A stretch of DNA of 64,000 nucleotides, taken from positions 192,001-256,000 of the forward strand of contig CAVVYR010000007.1 of the NCBI GenBank assembly GCA_963752475.1. Direction: 5' to 3'. The position numbers and the translations under genes are program-made. This stretch comes from an uncultured Chloroflexia bacterium. Its GTDB lineage: Bacteria; Chloroflexota; Limnocylindria; Limnocylindrales; CSP1-4. Below are positions 32,748 to 42,927 of this stretch, in pieces (position 1 is the stretch's first letter; the number at the start of each line of letters is the position of its first letter). Under the pieces are notes generated by a model, which worked only from the letters and a program-made list of their open reading frames with translations, made no database searches and was not told the DNA's origin.

Positions 32748-33963
32748 CCCCGACACCGGCGCCATGCCAGCGCCCGAGGAGGTCCGGCCGCCGAGCACCG
32801 AGGTCGGCGTCGTCGGCTGGCTGCACCACAACCTCTTCAGCAGCAAGCTCAGCGGGCTTCTGACCATCATCGTCGGGCTGCTGGTTGCGGCCGTCATCTA
32901 CGGGCTAGCCCAGTGGATCATCTTCTCCGCCAACTGGAGTGTCATCACCGAGAACATGCGCCTGTTCCTGGTGGGCCGCTATCCGCCGGAGGAGATCTGG
33001 CGCGTGTGGGTGGCGCTGACGCTGCTGTCGGCCGCTACCGGACTCTCCGCCGGTTCGTCGAGCAGTGGCGCGGTGCGCATGCTGGCGATGATGCTGATGG
33101 TCGGCCAGCTCCTGCTGGCAGCGCTCATCCTTGTCTCGGACCTGGGCATCGCTGCTGCGGGCGCGCTTGTCGTCGGCGCTGCGGTGGTCTACGTCTTCAT
33201 GCTCGCGGCCCGGCGCTTCCCGGTCCGACGCCTGTGGATCTCGCTGGTCTGGCTCGGCGCGGCGGTGGCCATGGTGCTGCTGCTGGCCGGCTTGGGAGGG
33301 GCTGGCCTGACCGCTGTCTCGTCGAACCTTTGGGGCGGCCTGCTACTCACGATGGTGCTCTCGATCGCGGGCATCCTGCTGTCGTTCCCCCTCGGTGTGG
33401 CCCTCGCCATCGGGCGGCAGAGCCGGCTGCCGGTGGTGCGCGTCGTCTCGATCGCCTACATCGAGATCATCCGTGCCGTGCCGCTCATCAGCATCCTCTT
33501 CATGGCCCAGTTCCTGTTCCCGCTGGTGCTGCCTGACGGCCTGCGCATCGACAACGTCATCCGCGCCATCGGCGGCATCACGCTCTTCAGCGCGGCCTAC
33601 GTGGCGGAGAACGTCCGCGGTGGCCTCCAGGCCATCCCCAGGGGCCAGCACGAGGCGGCGTTCGCGGTCGGCCTGCGGACGTGGCAGACGACGATCTTCA
33701 TCGTCCTGCCGCAGGCGCTGCGGATCACCATCCCGGCCAACGTGGGGCTGTTCATCAGCCTGCTCAAGGACACCACGCTGGCCTACATCATCGGCCTGCT
33801 CGAGCTGCTCGGCATCGGTCGCGCGGTCCTGGCCAACCCCGAATACCTGGGCACCCAGTTCGAGGTCTACAGCTTCATCGCGGTAGTCTTCTTCGTCCTC
33901 AGCTATGCCCTCAGCCAAGCCAGCTATCGACTCGAAAAGGAACTAGGGATCGGTGAACGATGA
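32737..33963 (+). CDS. aapM: amino acid ABC transporter permease
   Basis: [45 protein letters not shown]. Confidence 0.9.
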   Translation: MSGSPDTGAMPAPEEVRPPSTEVGVVGWLHHNLFSSKLSGLLTIIVGLLVAAVIYGLAQWIIFSANWSVITENMRLFLVGRYPPEEIWRVWVALTLLSAATGLSAGSSSSGAVRMLAMMLMVGQLLLAALILVSDLGIAAAGALVVGAAVVYVFMLAARRFPVRRLWISLVWLGAAVAMVLLLAGLGGAGLTAVSSNLWGGLLLTMVLSIAGILLSFPLGVALAIGRQSRLPVVRVVSIAYIEIIRAVPLISILFMAQFLFPLVLPDGLRIDNVIRAIGGITLFSAAYVAENVRGGLQAIPRGQHEAAFAVGLRTWQTTIFIVLPQALRITIPANVGLFISLLKDTTLAYIIGLLELLGIGRAVLANPEYLGTQFEVYSFIAVVFFVLSYALSQASYRLEKELGIGER

Positions 33964-34787
33964 GTGAGCCTCTGCAGAGCAACGAGCCCGAAGTCAAGGG
34001 CATCACGACCAAGCCTCGGGATGTGACGCGGACACCGCCCGGCCCCGACGCCGAGGACATCGTGGTGTGCAAGAACGTGCACAAGTGGTTCGGAGAGCTG
34101 CACGTGCTCAACGACATCAATATCAACATCAAGTCGGGCGAGGTGCTCGTCATCGCGGGCCCCTCGGGCTCGGGCAAGTCGACCTGGATCCGCTGCATCA
34201 ACCGGCTCGAGGAGCACCAGCGCGGCGACATCATCATCGACGGCATCGAGCTCTCCAACGACATCCGCAACATCGCTGCCATCCGCTCCGAGATCGGCAT
34301 GGTCTTCCAGCAGTTCAACCTGTTCCCGCACCTCTCGGTGCTGCAGAACATCACCCTGGGACCGATCCGGGTGCGCAAGATCAGGCGCGAAGAAGCGGAG
34401 GAGCGTGCCATGCAGCTGCTCAACCGCGTGGGCATCCCCGAGCAGGCCATGAAATATCCGGCACAGCTGTCGGGTGGTCAGCAGCAGCGTGTGGCCATCG
34501 CGCGGGCCCTGGCCATGGACCCCAAGATCATGCTCTTCGATGAGCCCACATCGGCGCTGGACCCGGAGATGATCTCCGAGGTGCTCGATGTCATGCGCGA
34601 GCTGGCCGAGTCCGGCATGACCATGCTCTGCGTGACGCACGAGATGGGCTTCGCCAAGGCCGCCGCCGACCGCATGGTCTTCTTCGACTTCGGCCAGATC
34701 GTGGAAACGGGTACGCCCGAGCAGATCTTCGACGATCCGCAGCACGACCGCACCAAGCTCTTCCTGAGCCAGATCCTGACTCACTAG
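33960..34787 (+). CDS. aapP: amino acid ABC transporter ATP-binding protein
   Basis: Walker [39 protein letters not shown]. Confidence 0.93.
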   Translation: MSEPLQSNEPEVKGITTKPRDVTRTPPGPDAEDIVVCKNVHKWFGELHVLNDININIKSGEVLVIAGPSGSGKSTWIRCINRLEEHQRGDIIIDGIELSNDIRNIAAIRSEIGMVFQQFNLFPHLSVLQNITLGPIRVRKIRREEAEERAMQLLNRVGIPEQAMKYPAQLSGGQQQRVAIARALAMDPKIMLFDEPTSALDPEMISEVLDVMRELAESGMTMLCVTHEMGFAKAAADRMVFFDFGQIVETGTPEQIFDDPQHDRTKLFLSQILTH

Positions 34788-34855
34788 CGGGAGCGCCTCG
34801 GTCCACCCGCTACCCAGCGGGCGGGTCACCGAGCCGGGGCTGGCCGCCGTTCTCC

Positions 34856-34926
34856 GCTGTTTCACCCAACACAGGGGTCAGGCGACGAAATCCGCCGTCG
34901 TTCCACCTCCGGGTGGGTGAAACGGC
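34856..34926. repeat. imperfect palindromic (REP-like) element
   Basis: 13-bp arms GCTGTTTCACCCA / TGGGTGAAACGGC enclosing an inner CGACG/CGTCG stem. Confidence 0.5.
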
Positions 34927-35085
34927 ATACCTCAGCCACGTGCTTCGTCCAGTGACCCACGGGGCGGGTCGGCGTTGACTAGCCGCGCTGATGGCTCCAA
35001 GACGACCCACCGCGGGTCCGCGCCCGAGCCATTCGACCCTTGACCGTGCGGGCCCGGCATGAAGATGATGGCTGGGGAATCACGC

Positions 35086-35721
35086 ATGGACAAGCGATCG
35101 ATGTGGACCGCGCTCCTGGCGCTCGCGGCGACGGTGTCCCTGACGGGCTGCGCCCTGTTGGATGAGCTTGACCCGGGGCCGCGGTCGATGCCAGCCGACG
35201 GCCGTGTCGAGGCGCCCCAGGCGGGCATCGCGCTGGCATTCCCGGATGGCTGGCTGCTCGAGTCGCGCCCGACCATCGACGGCGTCGGAGTGGCCTCTTC
35301 CCTCGGTCCTGCCGAGCGAGCCCTGCTGGTCCCCCTGGTTGCGGCCATGCCCGGACACCGTCACGACCGATGCCTGGCCGTGGACGCCACCCGGATGGTG
35401 CAAGCATGGTCGGAGCGACCGGCGCTCGATGAGGTGGTGGACCGGTTCGTGACCAGCCTGGGGGTCGACCGTCGCTGGGTCGGACTCGAGTCGACGCTCA
35501 TCGACCTGCCCACGAGTCGTGCCGGGCGCATCCTGCGGGAGCGGGTCGGCGAGTCAGAGAGCGTGAGCCTCTGGATCTTCACGCAGTCCGACGCATGGTT
35601 CTACCTCGAGTGCGTCAACCACTCGAGGCTCGCAGAAGACTGGCGATCCATCGCCCAGACGGTCGAGTTCCTGCCTGCGTCAGACGCCTCCTCACCGGGC
35701 GCGACTCCGACCCTCTCATGA
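35086..35721 (+). CDS. hypothetical lipoprotein
   Basis: signal peptide with LTGC lipobox; PDGW motif; C-terminal WRSIAQTVEFLP. Confidence 0.7.
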   Translation: MDKRSMWTALLALAATVSLTGCALLDELDPGPRSMPADGRVEAPQAGIALAFPDGWLLESRPTIDGVGVASSLGPAERALLVPLVAAMPGHRHDRCLAVDATRMVQAWSERPALDEVVDRFVTSLGVDRRWVGLESTLIDLPTSRAGRILRERVGESESVSLWIFTQSDAWFYLECVNHSRLAEDWRSIAQTVEFLPASDASSPGATPTLS

Positions 35722-35774
35722 TCGCCGCCGATGGCAGGCGCATGCCGTGCCCGTCGCGGCGAGACCGATCGGCT

Positions 35775-36521
35775 TCAGCGAAGGGCGCCGTCGGCTCGAT
35801 CGAAGACGGGCAGGAGTTCCCGTACGAGCTGCGCCGAGCTGGCCGCGGCCGCATCGATGAAGGCGTTGAAGTCGTCGAGTGAGTCCTCGCCGGCGCGATC
35901 GGACAGCGCCCGGACCACGAGCCAGGGCACGCCGAACCGTTCGGCCACACCGCACAGGGCTGAGCCTTCCATCTCGATGGCCAGGCCATCCCACTCGCCC
36001 GCAAGCTCGTCACGCTCCTTCGGTGAGGCCAGGTAGGCGTCGGTCGTGAGGATCGTGCCCAGCGTGGCCTCCAGACCGGAGTCGGCGAGACGCCCGCGAA
36101 CCCGCTCGAGCAGCGGCTCGGGCAGCTGGTAGCCAGGATCCGGCTTCTCCTCGGGGATGGGCAGCACGCCCGGCTGGTAGACGATGCGACCCTCCGGCGT
36201 GAGCCTGCCGTAGTCGATGTCGATGAGCCGAGCAGCGATGACGATGTCACCGATGCTCGCGTCTGCCGACAGCCCGCCCGCGACGCCGCTGAGCACGAGC
36301 GCCCGGCAACCGAGTCGTTCGACCATGAGCGTGGCCGTGATGGCGGCCTTGACCTTGCCCACGCCAGCGGCGGCGATGACGACCTCGTGGCCGTCGAGCA
36401 CGCCCCGGCGCGCCTCGATGCCCGGATGGGGCAGGGGAGCGGGGTCGCCGATGGCCGCCAGCAGTAGCTCCTGCTCCTGCGGCAGCGCGCACATGATGCC
36501 GATGGGTCCGTCGGTAGTCAT
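35775..36521 (-). CDS. mtnN: 5'-methylthioadenosine/S-adenosylhomocysteine nucleosidase
   Basis: IGIMCAL..E, GVGKVKAA, SGVAGG, IEMEGSA, VRALSD.AG. Confidence 0.88.
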   Translation of the reverse strand: MTTDGPIGIMCALPQEQELLLAAIGDPAPLPHPGIEARRGVLDGHEVVIAAAGVGKVKAAITATLMVERLGCRALVLSGVAGGLSADASIGDIVIAARLIDIDYGRLTPEGRIVYQPGVLPIPEEKPDPGYQLPEPLLERVRGRLADSGLEATLGTILTTDAYLASPKERDELAGEWDGLAIEMEGSALCGVAERFGVPWLVVRALSDRAGEDSLDDFNAFIDAAAASSAQLVRELLPVFDRADGALR

Positions 36522-36583
36522 GGCCGGATGCTAGTCGATGCGTCCGGGCGTCAGGTCACGGCTCGTCGCGCTAGGCTCTGGCC

Positions 36584-37627
36584 GTGACACGATCGGTCCC
36601 GCGACCCGGCATGCCTGCGCCCATCGCCTCGATGCATACGCGCATGTCGCGCGAGCAGCGCAGATCGCTCGTAGCCCTTCAGCGCAGTCGCTGGGGCCGG
36701 CACCACCGGTTGGCCACGACGTTCGTGCGCGAGATCTTCGACGACGACCTGCTCGGGCTCGCCGCGGAGCTGTCCTACCGCTGGCTGTTCGCGCTGTTCC
36801 CGGTGATGATCATGCTCGTGGCCATGAGCCGCTGGGCGGCCGAGAGCCTGTCGGTCACCGACCCTACCGATGCGCTCATCGAAGCCGTCGGTCAGCAGCT
36901 ACCGGCTGAGGCCACCGAGCTCATCCGCCCGCAGCTCGAGACCGTCATCGGGGAAGGGAGCCTGGCGCTCTTCTCGCTCGGCCTGCTCTTCACCGCGTAC
37001 GCCGCATCGTCGGGCATGAAGGCGTTGATCAAGGCCCTGAACCGGGCCTACGACCTGACCGAGGTCCGCTCGTTCGGGCGCCGGCTGTTCATCGCCTTCG
37101 CCCTCACGTTGCTGCTCGCGACGAGCGTGGTCGTGTTCTTCGTGCTGCTGCTGGGCGGTCAGCAGGTGACCCACGACCTGGCCCGATCAGCGGGCTTCGG
37201 CGACGTCTCCATCGAGGTCTTCGAACTGGTGCGCTACCCGCTGTCCGTGCTGGCGCTGGCCATCGCGTCGGGATTCCTCTACTGGGCAGCGCCGGCCACC
37301 AAGGTGCGGCCTCGCTCGGTCCTCCCGGGTGTGCTGCTGTTCGTGCCTTGCTGGATCGGCATGACGCTCGGCTTCGGCCTCTACATCACCGAGTTCAGCT
37401 CGTATGGGGAGACCTACGGGAGCGTCAGCGGGATCATCATCCTGCTGCTGTGGCTCTACTTCGTGGCGCTCATCCTCCTCCTCGGCGGTGAGCTCAACGC
37501 CACCATCGGGCAGTACTTCGAGGCGCAGCAGGAGCGCAAGGCACGGCTCGCGGCACGGAGGCAGGAGCTGATCGCAGAGCGCGCGGCCGCACGCGCTGAC
37601 GCGACGCCGGGCGGTTGGCCGGGGTAG
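36584..37627 (+). CDS. YihY/virulence factor BrkB family membrane protein
   Basis: AAELSYRWLFALFP, ALNRAY, YGETYGSVSGIIILLLWLY..LLGGELN. GTG start 6 nt after TAGGCT. Confidence 0.9.
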   Translation: MTRSVPRPGMPAPIASMHTRMSREQRRSLVALQRSRWGRHHRLATTFVREIFDDDLLGLAAELSYRWLFALFPVMIMLVAMSRWAAESLSVTDPTDALIEAVGQQLPAEATELIRPQLETVIGEGSLALFSLGLLFTAYAASSGMKALIKALNRAYDLTEVRSFGRRLFIAFALTLLLATSVVVFFVLLLGGQQVTHDLARSAGFGDVSIEVFELVRYPLSVLALAIASGFLYWAAPATKVRPRSVLPGVLLFVPCWIGMTLGFGLYITEFSSYGETYGSVSGIIILLLWLYFVALILLLGGELNATIGQYFEAQQERKARLAARRQELIAERAAARADATPGGWPG

Positions 37628-37697
37628 GGCGGCCCGTCCTCACCGGCGCACATCTGAGAGACTCAAGGGACGACGGTTGAAGCCGAAGGGGGGTTGG

Positions 37698-39450
37698 ATG
37701 AAGCGAGCGATCGTGGTGGTGCTGGCGATGATGCTGCTGGCGCCCGCGGGGGCGACGGCCCAGACCGATGACCCATGGGCCCAGGTCCGCAGCCTGGTCC
37801 CGACGAACCTTGATCTCGAGTGCGAGGACTACGGCGCTCGCGAGATGTGGAAGCTCGTCGGTTCGACCGTCGCCGCGGTGCGGTGCGACTACCTCGGCTC
37901 CGAGAAGGTCACCGACTTCTCGCTCTTCCTCTTCGATGAGGAGTGGGGCCTGCGCGACCTCTGGAAGCAGCGCAAGAAGCAGCGCGTCGGGAAGGCGACC
38001 GGCGGCTGCGCCGACAATCGAGCCGGCATGATGCGGACCGACCGAGGCGAGCTCATCTGCTACAAGAGCGGCGGCAAGGCGCGGATCCGCTGGATCGACG
38101 AGGAGTTCCTGACGTATGGCGCGCTCGACACCGATTGGGGGCGGATCGACTACGCCTATGACTGGTGGCAGAAGAACCTCGAGCCCGTGCCCTCGAGCGC
38201 GACCCGGCCCCAGCGGCCGTGGGAGCTGCGCGCCGATGATCCGATCGACGTCGCGTTCCAGCCCGCGGACCAGGCGTTCGACGGGTTCCGCGGGGTGCTT
38301 GTCGATGCGCTCGCCGAGACCCGCGGGCGACTCGCCGCTGCGTCCGAATGGATCGAAGACCCTGACTGGTATCTCGAGCGTACCCCTGACTCCGGTGTCG
38401 TCGGGTTCCGCCTCTCGCGCCTGGGGGACCACGCTGCGCTGCTCGCGGATCCCGGGTTCGCCGCGCGGGCCGACCTGCTCGATGACCCGGTCAACGCCTG
38501 GGACACGGAGTTCGCCCTGGCTCTGGGGTTCATCCGCGATGAGGCGGGTGCCGGTGACCCGACCGAGGCGGCCGAGCGGCTGGCCGCGACACTGCCCCAA
38601 TCCAGCGAACACAAGAAGCAGTTGCTCCAGGTCGAGCGCAAGGCGTTCCGTGCCGACCGCGACCAGCTCGTCGAAGCCATCGACGAGTACGACGCTGTGC
38701 TGGCGGGGATCGGCATCGAGCCCGCGCCGGTCGCGGCCGCTGACGTGGCGCCGACGTCACCCGTCCTGGCGGACGATCCGATCGGTCTGGTCATGGCCTT
38801 CCGTGATGAGCTGGTCGCCGACCGCGCCGCGGTCCACGAGCGCATCAGCAGCTGCCGCACCGCCATCGACGATGAGATGATCGCGGCCTTCGGTGCGCCC
38901 GATGGTCTCGATGTCGTCACGACGCTCGATCTGGAGGCATGGCCCGGCTACACCTACTTCTTCGAGTACTTGCGAGAGCGTGCCGTGGGCTGGGCGGCCT
39001 TCGAGCCGTGGGCGGCGCAGGACACGTCGCTTCGAGCCGCGCTGGCTCGGTTCCAGCGTTGGCAGGACTGGCCTGGGGGGCTGATGCGGACCATCGCGGA
39101 TAAGGACGTCGTCGAGCGCTTCGACTTCCCCACCGCCAAGGAGGACCGCGCGATCTGTCGCCCGGAGATCGAGGTGCTGCAGCCCGAGCGAGATCGGCTG
39201 GACACGGCCATCGCCGCGCTCGACGAGTACCTCACGCTGCTCGCGATCGACGCCGAGCCGACACCCGAGCCCGACGCCTGAGCCGACACCCGAGCCCACG
39301 CCTGCGCCGACACCCGAGCCCACGCCTGCGCCGACACCCGAGCCCACGCCTGAGCCGACGCCCGTCCCGACCGCGACGCCCGAGCCCGAGCTGACCCCCG
39401 AACCCGAGCCGACCGAGTCGCTGGCCCCGAACCCGTTCGCCGACCTCTAG
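37698..39450 (+). CDS. secreted hypothetical protein with a Pro/Thr/Glu-rich C-terminal tail (+1 frameshift near 39272)
   Basis: signal peptide and Cys-containing N-domain. ORF stops at 39281, but the PTPE/PTPA repeats continue in a shifted frame to TAG 39448-39450. Confidence 0.7.
39255..39360 (+). repeat. 24-bp coding tandem repeat (PTPEPTPA/E)
   Basis: GCCGACACCCGAGCCCACGCCTG(C/A) repeated about 4 times. Confidence 0.85.
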
Positions 39451-39516
39451 CGACCTGGCGCTGATGACCGTCGCTCCCGATCCGCGTATCGTCTGCGACC
39501 CGAGGGGTCTCTACCG

Positions 39517-40248
39517 ATGACGCGTTTCGTGCCGTTCTTCATCGCGCTGCTTGCGGCCTCGCTCCTGGTCGCGAGCCTGCCGGTGCCTGCCGCCGGCGCG
39601 AGCGTCAACAGGAACGATTGCTCCAAGCCGTACTGGAACAGCCGCACGACCCCGCCTCCGAGCATCCGCGTGGGCATCACCGGCCGGCACGACGATGTCT
39701 CGGCCACGAGAGTCAAGCGCATCAAGACCGTGCCCTTCAAGCGCTACGTGAAGACCGTCATGCGCGTCGAGTTCCCGGGCTGGATCGCCAAGAAACGGAA
39801 GGGCGGCTCGGCCTACATCGCGGCCGGTGCGATCGCGGCCAAGCAGTACGCCTGGTACTGGGCGACACGGAAGCCCCGCTATCGCTTCGGCGGCACGTGC
39901 TTCGACGTCTACGACAACGTCCGAGACCAGGTCTACGACCCGCGGGTGAAGCAGTCCGCCGCGGCCGAGGCCCGAACGAGCGCCGCGGTCGATTCCACCT
40001 GGAAGCGGATCATCCGCCGCCGGACGCGCGGTGGTGGGTCCGAGTTCGTGCTGCCGTTCTACCTGCACGATCGATCCAGGGCCGCCGGCGTCTGTGGTGG
40101 CACGCCGCCTGGCTACAAGCGCGGGTATCGCATGTTCCGCGGCAATGCCCTCAAGTGCGCCAAGCGAGGCAAGGGTCCGAACGCGATCCTCGTGCGCTCC
40201 TATACCCCGAGAGCGACCCGCCAGGCCTTCGTCGTCATCCCGCGCTGA
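39517..40248 (+). CDS. secreted SpoIID/LytB-domain-like protein
   Basis: signal peptide; VPFKRYVKTVMRVEF, AGAIAAKQYAWY and CFDVYD...DQVY resemble the SpoIID N-domain. Confidence 0.65.
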   Translation: MTRFVPFFIALLAASLLVASLPVPAAGASVNRNDCSKPYWNSRTTPPPSIRVGITGRHDDVSATRVKRIKTVPFKRYVKTVMRVEFPGWIAKKRKGGSAYIAAGAIAAKQYAWYWATRKPRYRFGGTCFDVYDNVRDQVYDPRVKQSAAAEARTSAAVDSTWKRIIRRRTRGGGSEFVLPFYLHDRSRAAGVCGGTPPGYKRGYRMFRGNALKCAKRGKGPNAILVRSYTPRATRQAFVVIPR

Positions 40249-40307
40249 CGCTCCCTCACTGCCGCTGATCCACTCAGACCGTTCGGGAGCTCGGCGGTGG
40301 TCATATA

Positions 40308-40325
40308 CGGTACATATATGTATCG
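40308..40325. promoter_or_regulatory. putative TetR operator
   Basis: CGGTACATA|TATGTATCG near-perfect palindrome directly before the -10 box TATCAT of the TetR gene. Confidence 0.6.
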
Positions 40326-40339
40326 GATATCATGAGCCC

Positions 40340-40966
40340 ATGACGACACCCTTGCCGATCTCGCCCGTCCGGGACCGGCCGCGACCGCGAGGACGGCCAC
40401 GCAGCAGCGCCGTGGATGCAGCGATCCTGCAGGCGACGATGCGCTGCCTCGCGCGCGACGGCTACCAGGAGCTGACCCTGTCCGCGGTGGCGAAGGACGC
40501 TGGTGTCGGGCGCGCCGCCATCTACCGTCGCTACGGCTCGAAGTCGGAGCTGGCCGCGGACGCGCTGCTGCACGTCTCGGAGACCGAGCCGACCGAGCTG
40601 CCGTACGACACGCGCGATGCGCTGCGTTCGCTCCTCGGTGCCGCGGGGGCGGCATTGTCCGATCCGGGCGCCCTGACCATCATCGGCTCCCTGCTGGCAC
40701 AGGGTCCCCGTGAGCCGGAGCTCTACGGCGTCCTGCGACGGGTCATCTTCGAGCCGCGTCGCGAGGTCGTGACCGTGGTCCTGACGTCTGGGATCGAGCG
40801 CGGCGATGTGCGCACCGATGTGGACACCGAGGTCGTCGTCGACCTGCTGTTCGGCGCGCTACTCGCACGAGCCACGGACCAGCAGCCCATCACCGACGGC
40901 TGGATCGACCGCGTCCTCGAGGGCGTGTGGCCGGCCATCAAGGGCAATGGAGTAGCACACGCATGA
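40340..40966 (+). CDS. TetR/AcrR family regulator
   Basis: RGRPRS..AILQAT...GY..LT..VAKDAGVGRAAIYRRY.SK. Confidence 0.92.
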   Translation: MTTPLPISPVRDRPRPRGRPRSSAVDAAILQATMRCLARDGYQELTLSAVAKDAGVGRAAIYRRYGSKSELAADALLHVSETEPTELPYDTRDALRSLLGAAGAALSDPGALTIIGSLLAQGPREPELYGVLRRVIFEPRREVVTVVLTSGIERGDVRTDVDTEVVVDLLFGALLARATDQQPITDGWIDRVLEGVWPAIKGNGVAHA

Positions 40967-41835
40967 ATGGTCCCATCGTCGTCACCGGCGCCCTCGGCAA
41001 CGTAGGCTCGGCCGTGGTGGAGCACTTGCTCGGCCGGAGCGCCTCCGTGCGCGCGGTGGACATCCACCCTGACGCGCTGACGGCGCGCTTCGGCTCGGAC
41101 CTCGAGGTCGCCAGGCTCGACTTCGGGGAACCAGCCAGCTTCGCCCCCGTGCTCGATGGCGCGAGGAAGGTCTTCCTCATCCGACCCCCGGCCATCAGCC
41201 GCGTGGGACCGACGCTCAACCGCTTCCTCGATGACGCCGCCGAGGCCGGCGTCGAGCACGTCGTCTTCAGCTCGGTCGCGGGCGCGGACACCAACCGGGT
41301 CGTGCCCCATCACCGCGTCGAGCAGCACCTCTTCGCAGGCGATCTCGCTTGGACCATCCTGCGGCCCGGCTTCTTCAGCCAGAACATCGGCAGCGCCTAT
41401 CGACAGGACATCGTGGAGGACGACCGCATCTTCATCCCCGCGGGGGAGGGCAAGGTCGCCTTCATCGACGCGCGCGACATCGGCGAGGTGGCCGCAGTGG
41501 CCCTGACCGAGGACGGCCACCAAGGTCAGGCCTACCATCTCACCGGGCCCCAGGCGCAGACGATCGAGGAGGTCGCGGCGGTCATGTCCGAGGTCCTGGG
41601 TCGGACGATCAGGTACGAGCCGGCGTCGGCCTTCGGCTACTTCCGCCACCTCCGCGGACAGGGGCTGGTGGTGGTCCAGGCGGTGGTGCAGACGATCCTC
41701 CACGTCGGACTGCGCAAGGGTGATGCCGAGCCGGTGACCGACACCATCGAGCGACTGCTCGGCCGGCCGGCCCGGAGTGTGCAGGAGTACGTGACCGACC
41801 ACGCGGACCTCTGGGCTCAAGACTCCAAGGGCTGA
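40963..41835 (+). CDS. NmrA/atypical SDR family NAD(P)-binding protein
   Basis: VTGALGNVG, WTILRPGFF.QN, FIDARDIGEVAA, LTGP. Confidence 0.88.
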   Translation: MNGPIVVTGALGNVGSAVVEHLLGRSASVRAVDIHPDALTARFGSDLEVARLDFGEPASFAPVLDGARKVFLIRPPAISRVGPTLNRFLDDAAEAGVEHVVFSSVAGADTNRVVPHHRVEQHLFAGDLAWTILRPGFFSQNIGSAYRQDIVEDDRIFIPAGEGKVAFIDARDIGEVAAVALTEDGHQGQAYHLTGPQAQTIEEVAAVMSEVLGRTIRYEPASAFGYFRHLRGQGLVVVQAVVQTILHVGLRKGDAEPVTDTIERLLGRPARSVQEYVTDHADLWAQDSKG

Positions 41836-42003
41836 TATGCGTCGTTGTACGGGGTCGGATGATGACACCGACCCCACGTGGAGACCAGCGAGTGGCTAGC
41901 GACAGGTCCGACCCAAGCGATATGCGTCGTAGCACGGGGTCGGATGATGACATCGACCCCACGGGGAGACCAGCGAGTGGATAGCGACAGGTGGACGATA
42001 GCG
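41834..42003. repeat. two tandem ~85-bp copies of a hairpin-containing element
   Basis: GATATGCGTCGT..ACGGGGTCGGATGATGACA(C/T)CGACCCCACG.GGAGACCAGCGAGTGG.TAGCGACAGGT at 41834 and 41919. Confidence 0.9.
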
Positions 42004-42253
42004 GCACGGCCGCGAACAAAGGTGACCGAGAGATGTCGAGGAGGTCCCCAGACCGACTGAACTTGATGCCGGCCCCCCGACCCTTGGCCGTGACGCTTCG
42101 TCCTGCCGAGTGTGATGCCCACAGGACGATGGTCTCTACGAGCTGCTACGTGCCGCCCCAACGGGAGTCGTGGCCGATTTCTCGGCGTCGTCCGAGAGCG
42201 TGCGGTCGCTTGGCGCAGGGAAGTCGGGTCGAGCTCACGTATGCTCACGACAG

Positions 42254-42646
42254 ATGAGTTCGAACGAGAAGACCAAGGGGCCGGTGCGAGGCTGGGTCCG
42301 GCCCGGCGCGCGTCGCGGTCGCTGGATCGAGCCGTTCGTATTGCTGCTCATCGCCGAAGGACCGATCCACGGGTACTCGGTCATCAGCCAGCTGAACAAG
42401 CTCGGTCTCAACTCCGACGGCGTCGACGTCGGGATGGTCTACCGCACACTGCGAGAGCTCGAGGCCGAGGGCCTTGTCAGCACGAAGTGGGGCCTCGAGG
42501 AGGGACCGCCGAAGCGCGAGTACCAGCTCACCGCGAATGGGCAGGAGTCACTCGATGAGTGGGTCGCGGTGATGATCGAGCGTCGACGCCTCATCAAGAC
42601 GTTCCTTGAGCGGCGTCGTCGGATCGGAGGACCCGAGGAGGGCTGA
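42254..42646 (+). CDS. PadR family transcriptional regulator (copy 1)
   Basis: EPFVLLLI.EGP.HGY, G.VYRTLR.LE.EGLV..W..GPPKREYQLT..G. ATG lies 8 nt after TATGCT. Confidence 0.9.
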   Translation: MSSNEKTKGPVRGWVRPGARRGRWIEPFVLLLIAEGPIHGYSVISQLNKLGLNSDGVDVGMVYRTLRELEAEGLVSTKWGLEEGPPKREYQLTANGQESLDEWVAVMIERRRLIKTFLERRRRIGGPEEG

Positions 42647-42750
42647 CACGGATCCGGCGGGAGTGCCTTGGGCCTTGCTGCCACCGGCCTGGAACTCCGG
42701 ACTCGACGGATCATGGGCCCTTCGGCCCTTGCCGATCCGTTCGTACAACG

Positions 42751-42765
42751 TATGCTATTAGCATA
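42751..42765. promoter_or_regulatory. putative PadR operator overlapping a -10 box
   Basis: perfect palindrome TATGCTA-T-TAGCATA; a 26-bp near-identical copy lies at 50309-50334. Confidence 0.6.
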
Positions 42766-42923
42766 TGACTGCGATAGACATCATTGGCCATGGACCTGCG
42801 GCCGGGTACGTCCAGTTCGAAACTCTGGAGGTTCGCGCGGACAGGCTGCGTGAGCAGCTCGAGCACGTCGAATCGGAGTTCGAAGACCTGACGCCGCAGC
42901 GACGTCAGGCTGGCGGGAGCTAG
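42765..42923 (+). CDS. 52-aa coiled-coil (DUF5320-like) mini-protein, not in the ORF track
   Basis: MTAIDIIGHGPAAGYVQFETLEVRADRLREQLEHVESEFEDLTPQRRQAGGS; resembles the C-terminus of 50742-51077; stop is 4 nt before the radical SAM ATG. Confidence 0.5.
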   Translation: MTAIDIIGHGPAAGYVQFETLEVRADRLREQLEHVESEFEDLTPQRRQAGGS

Positions 42924-42927
42924 ACCC

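Noticed and set aside
39255-39360. CRISPR or non-coding repeat
   Set aside because: Contiguous 24-bp units encode PTPE/PTPA with no spacers
41834-42003. CRISPR array
   Set aside because: Only two ~85-bp units with no unique spacers and no cas genes
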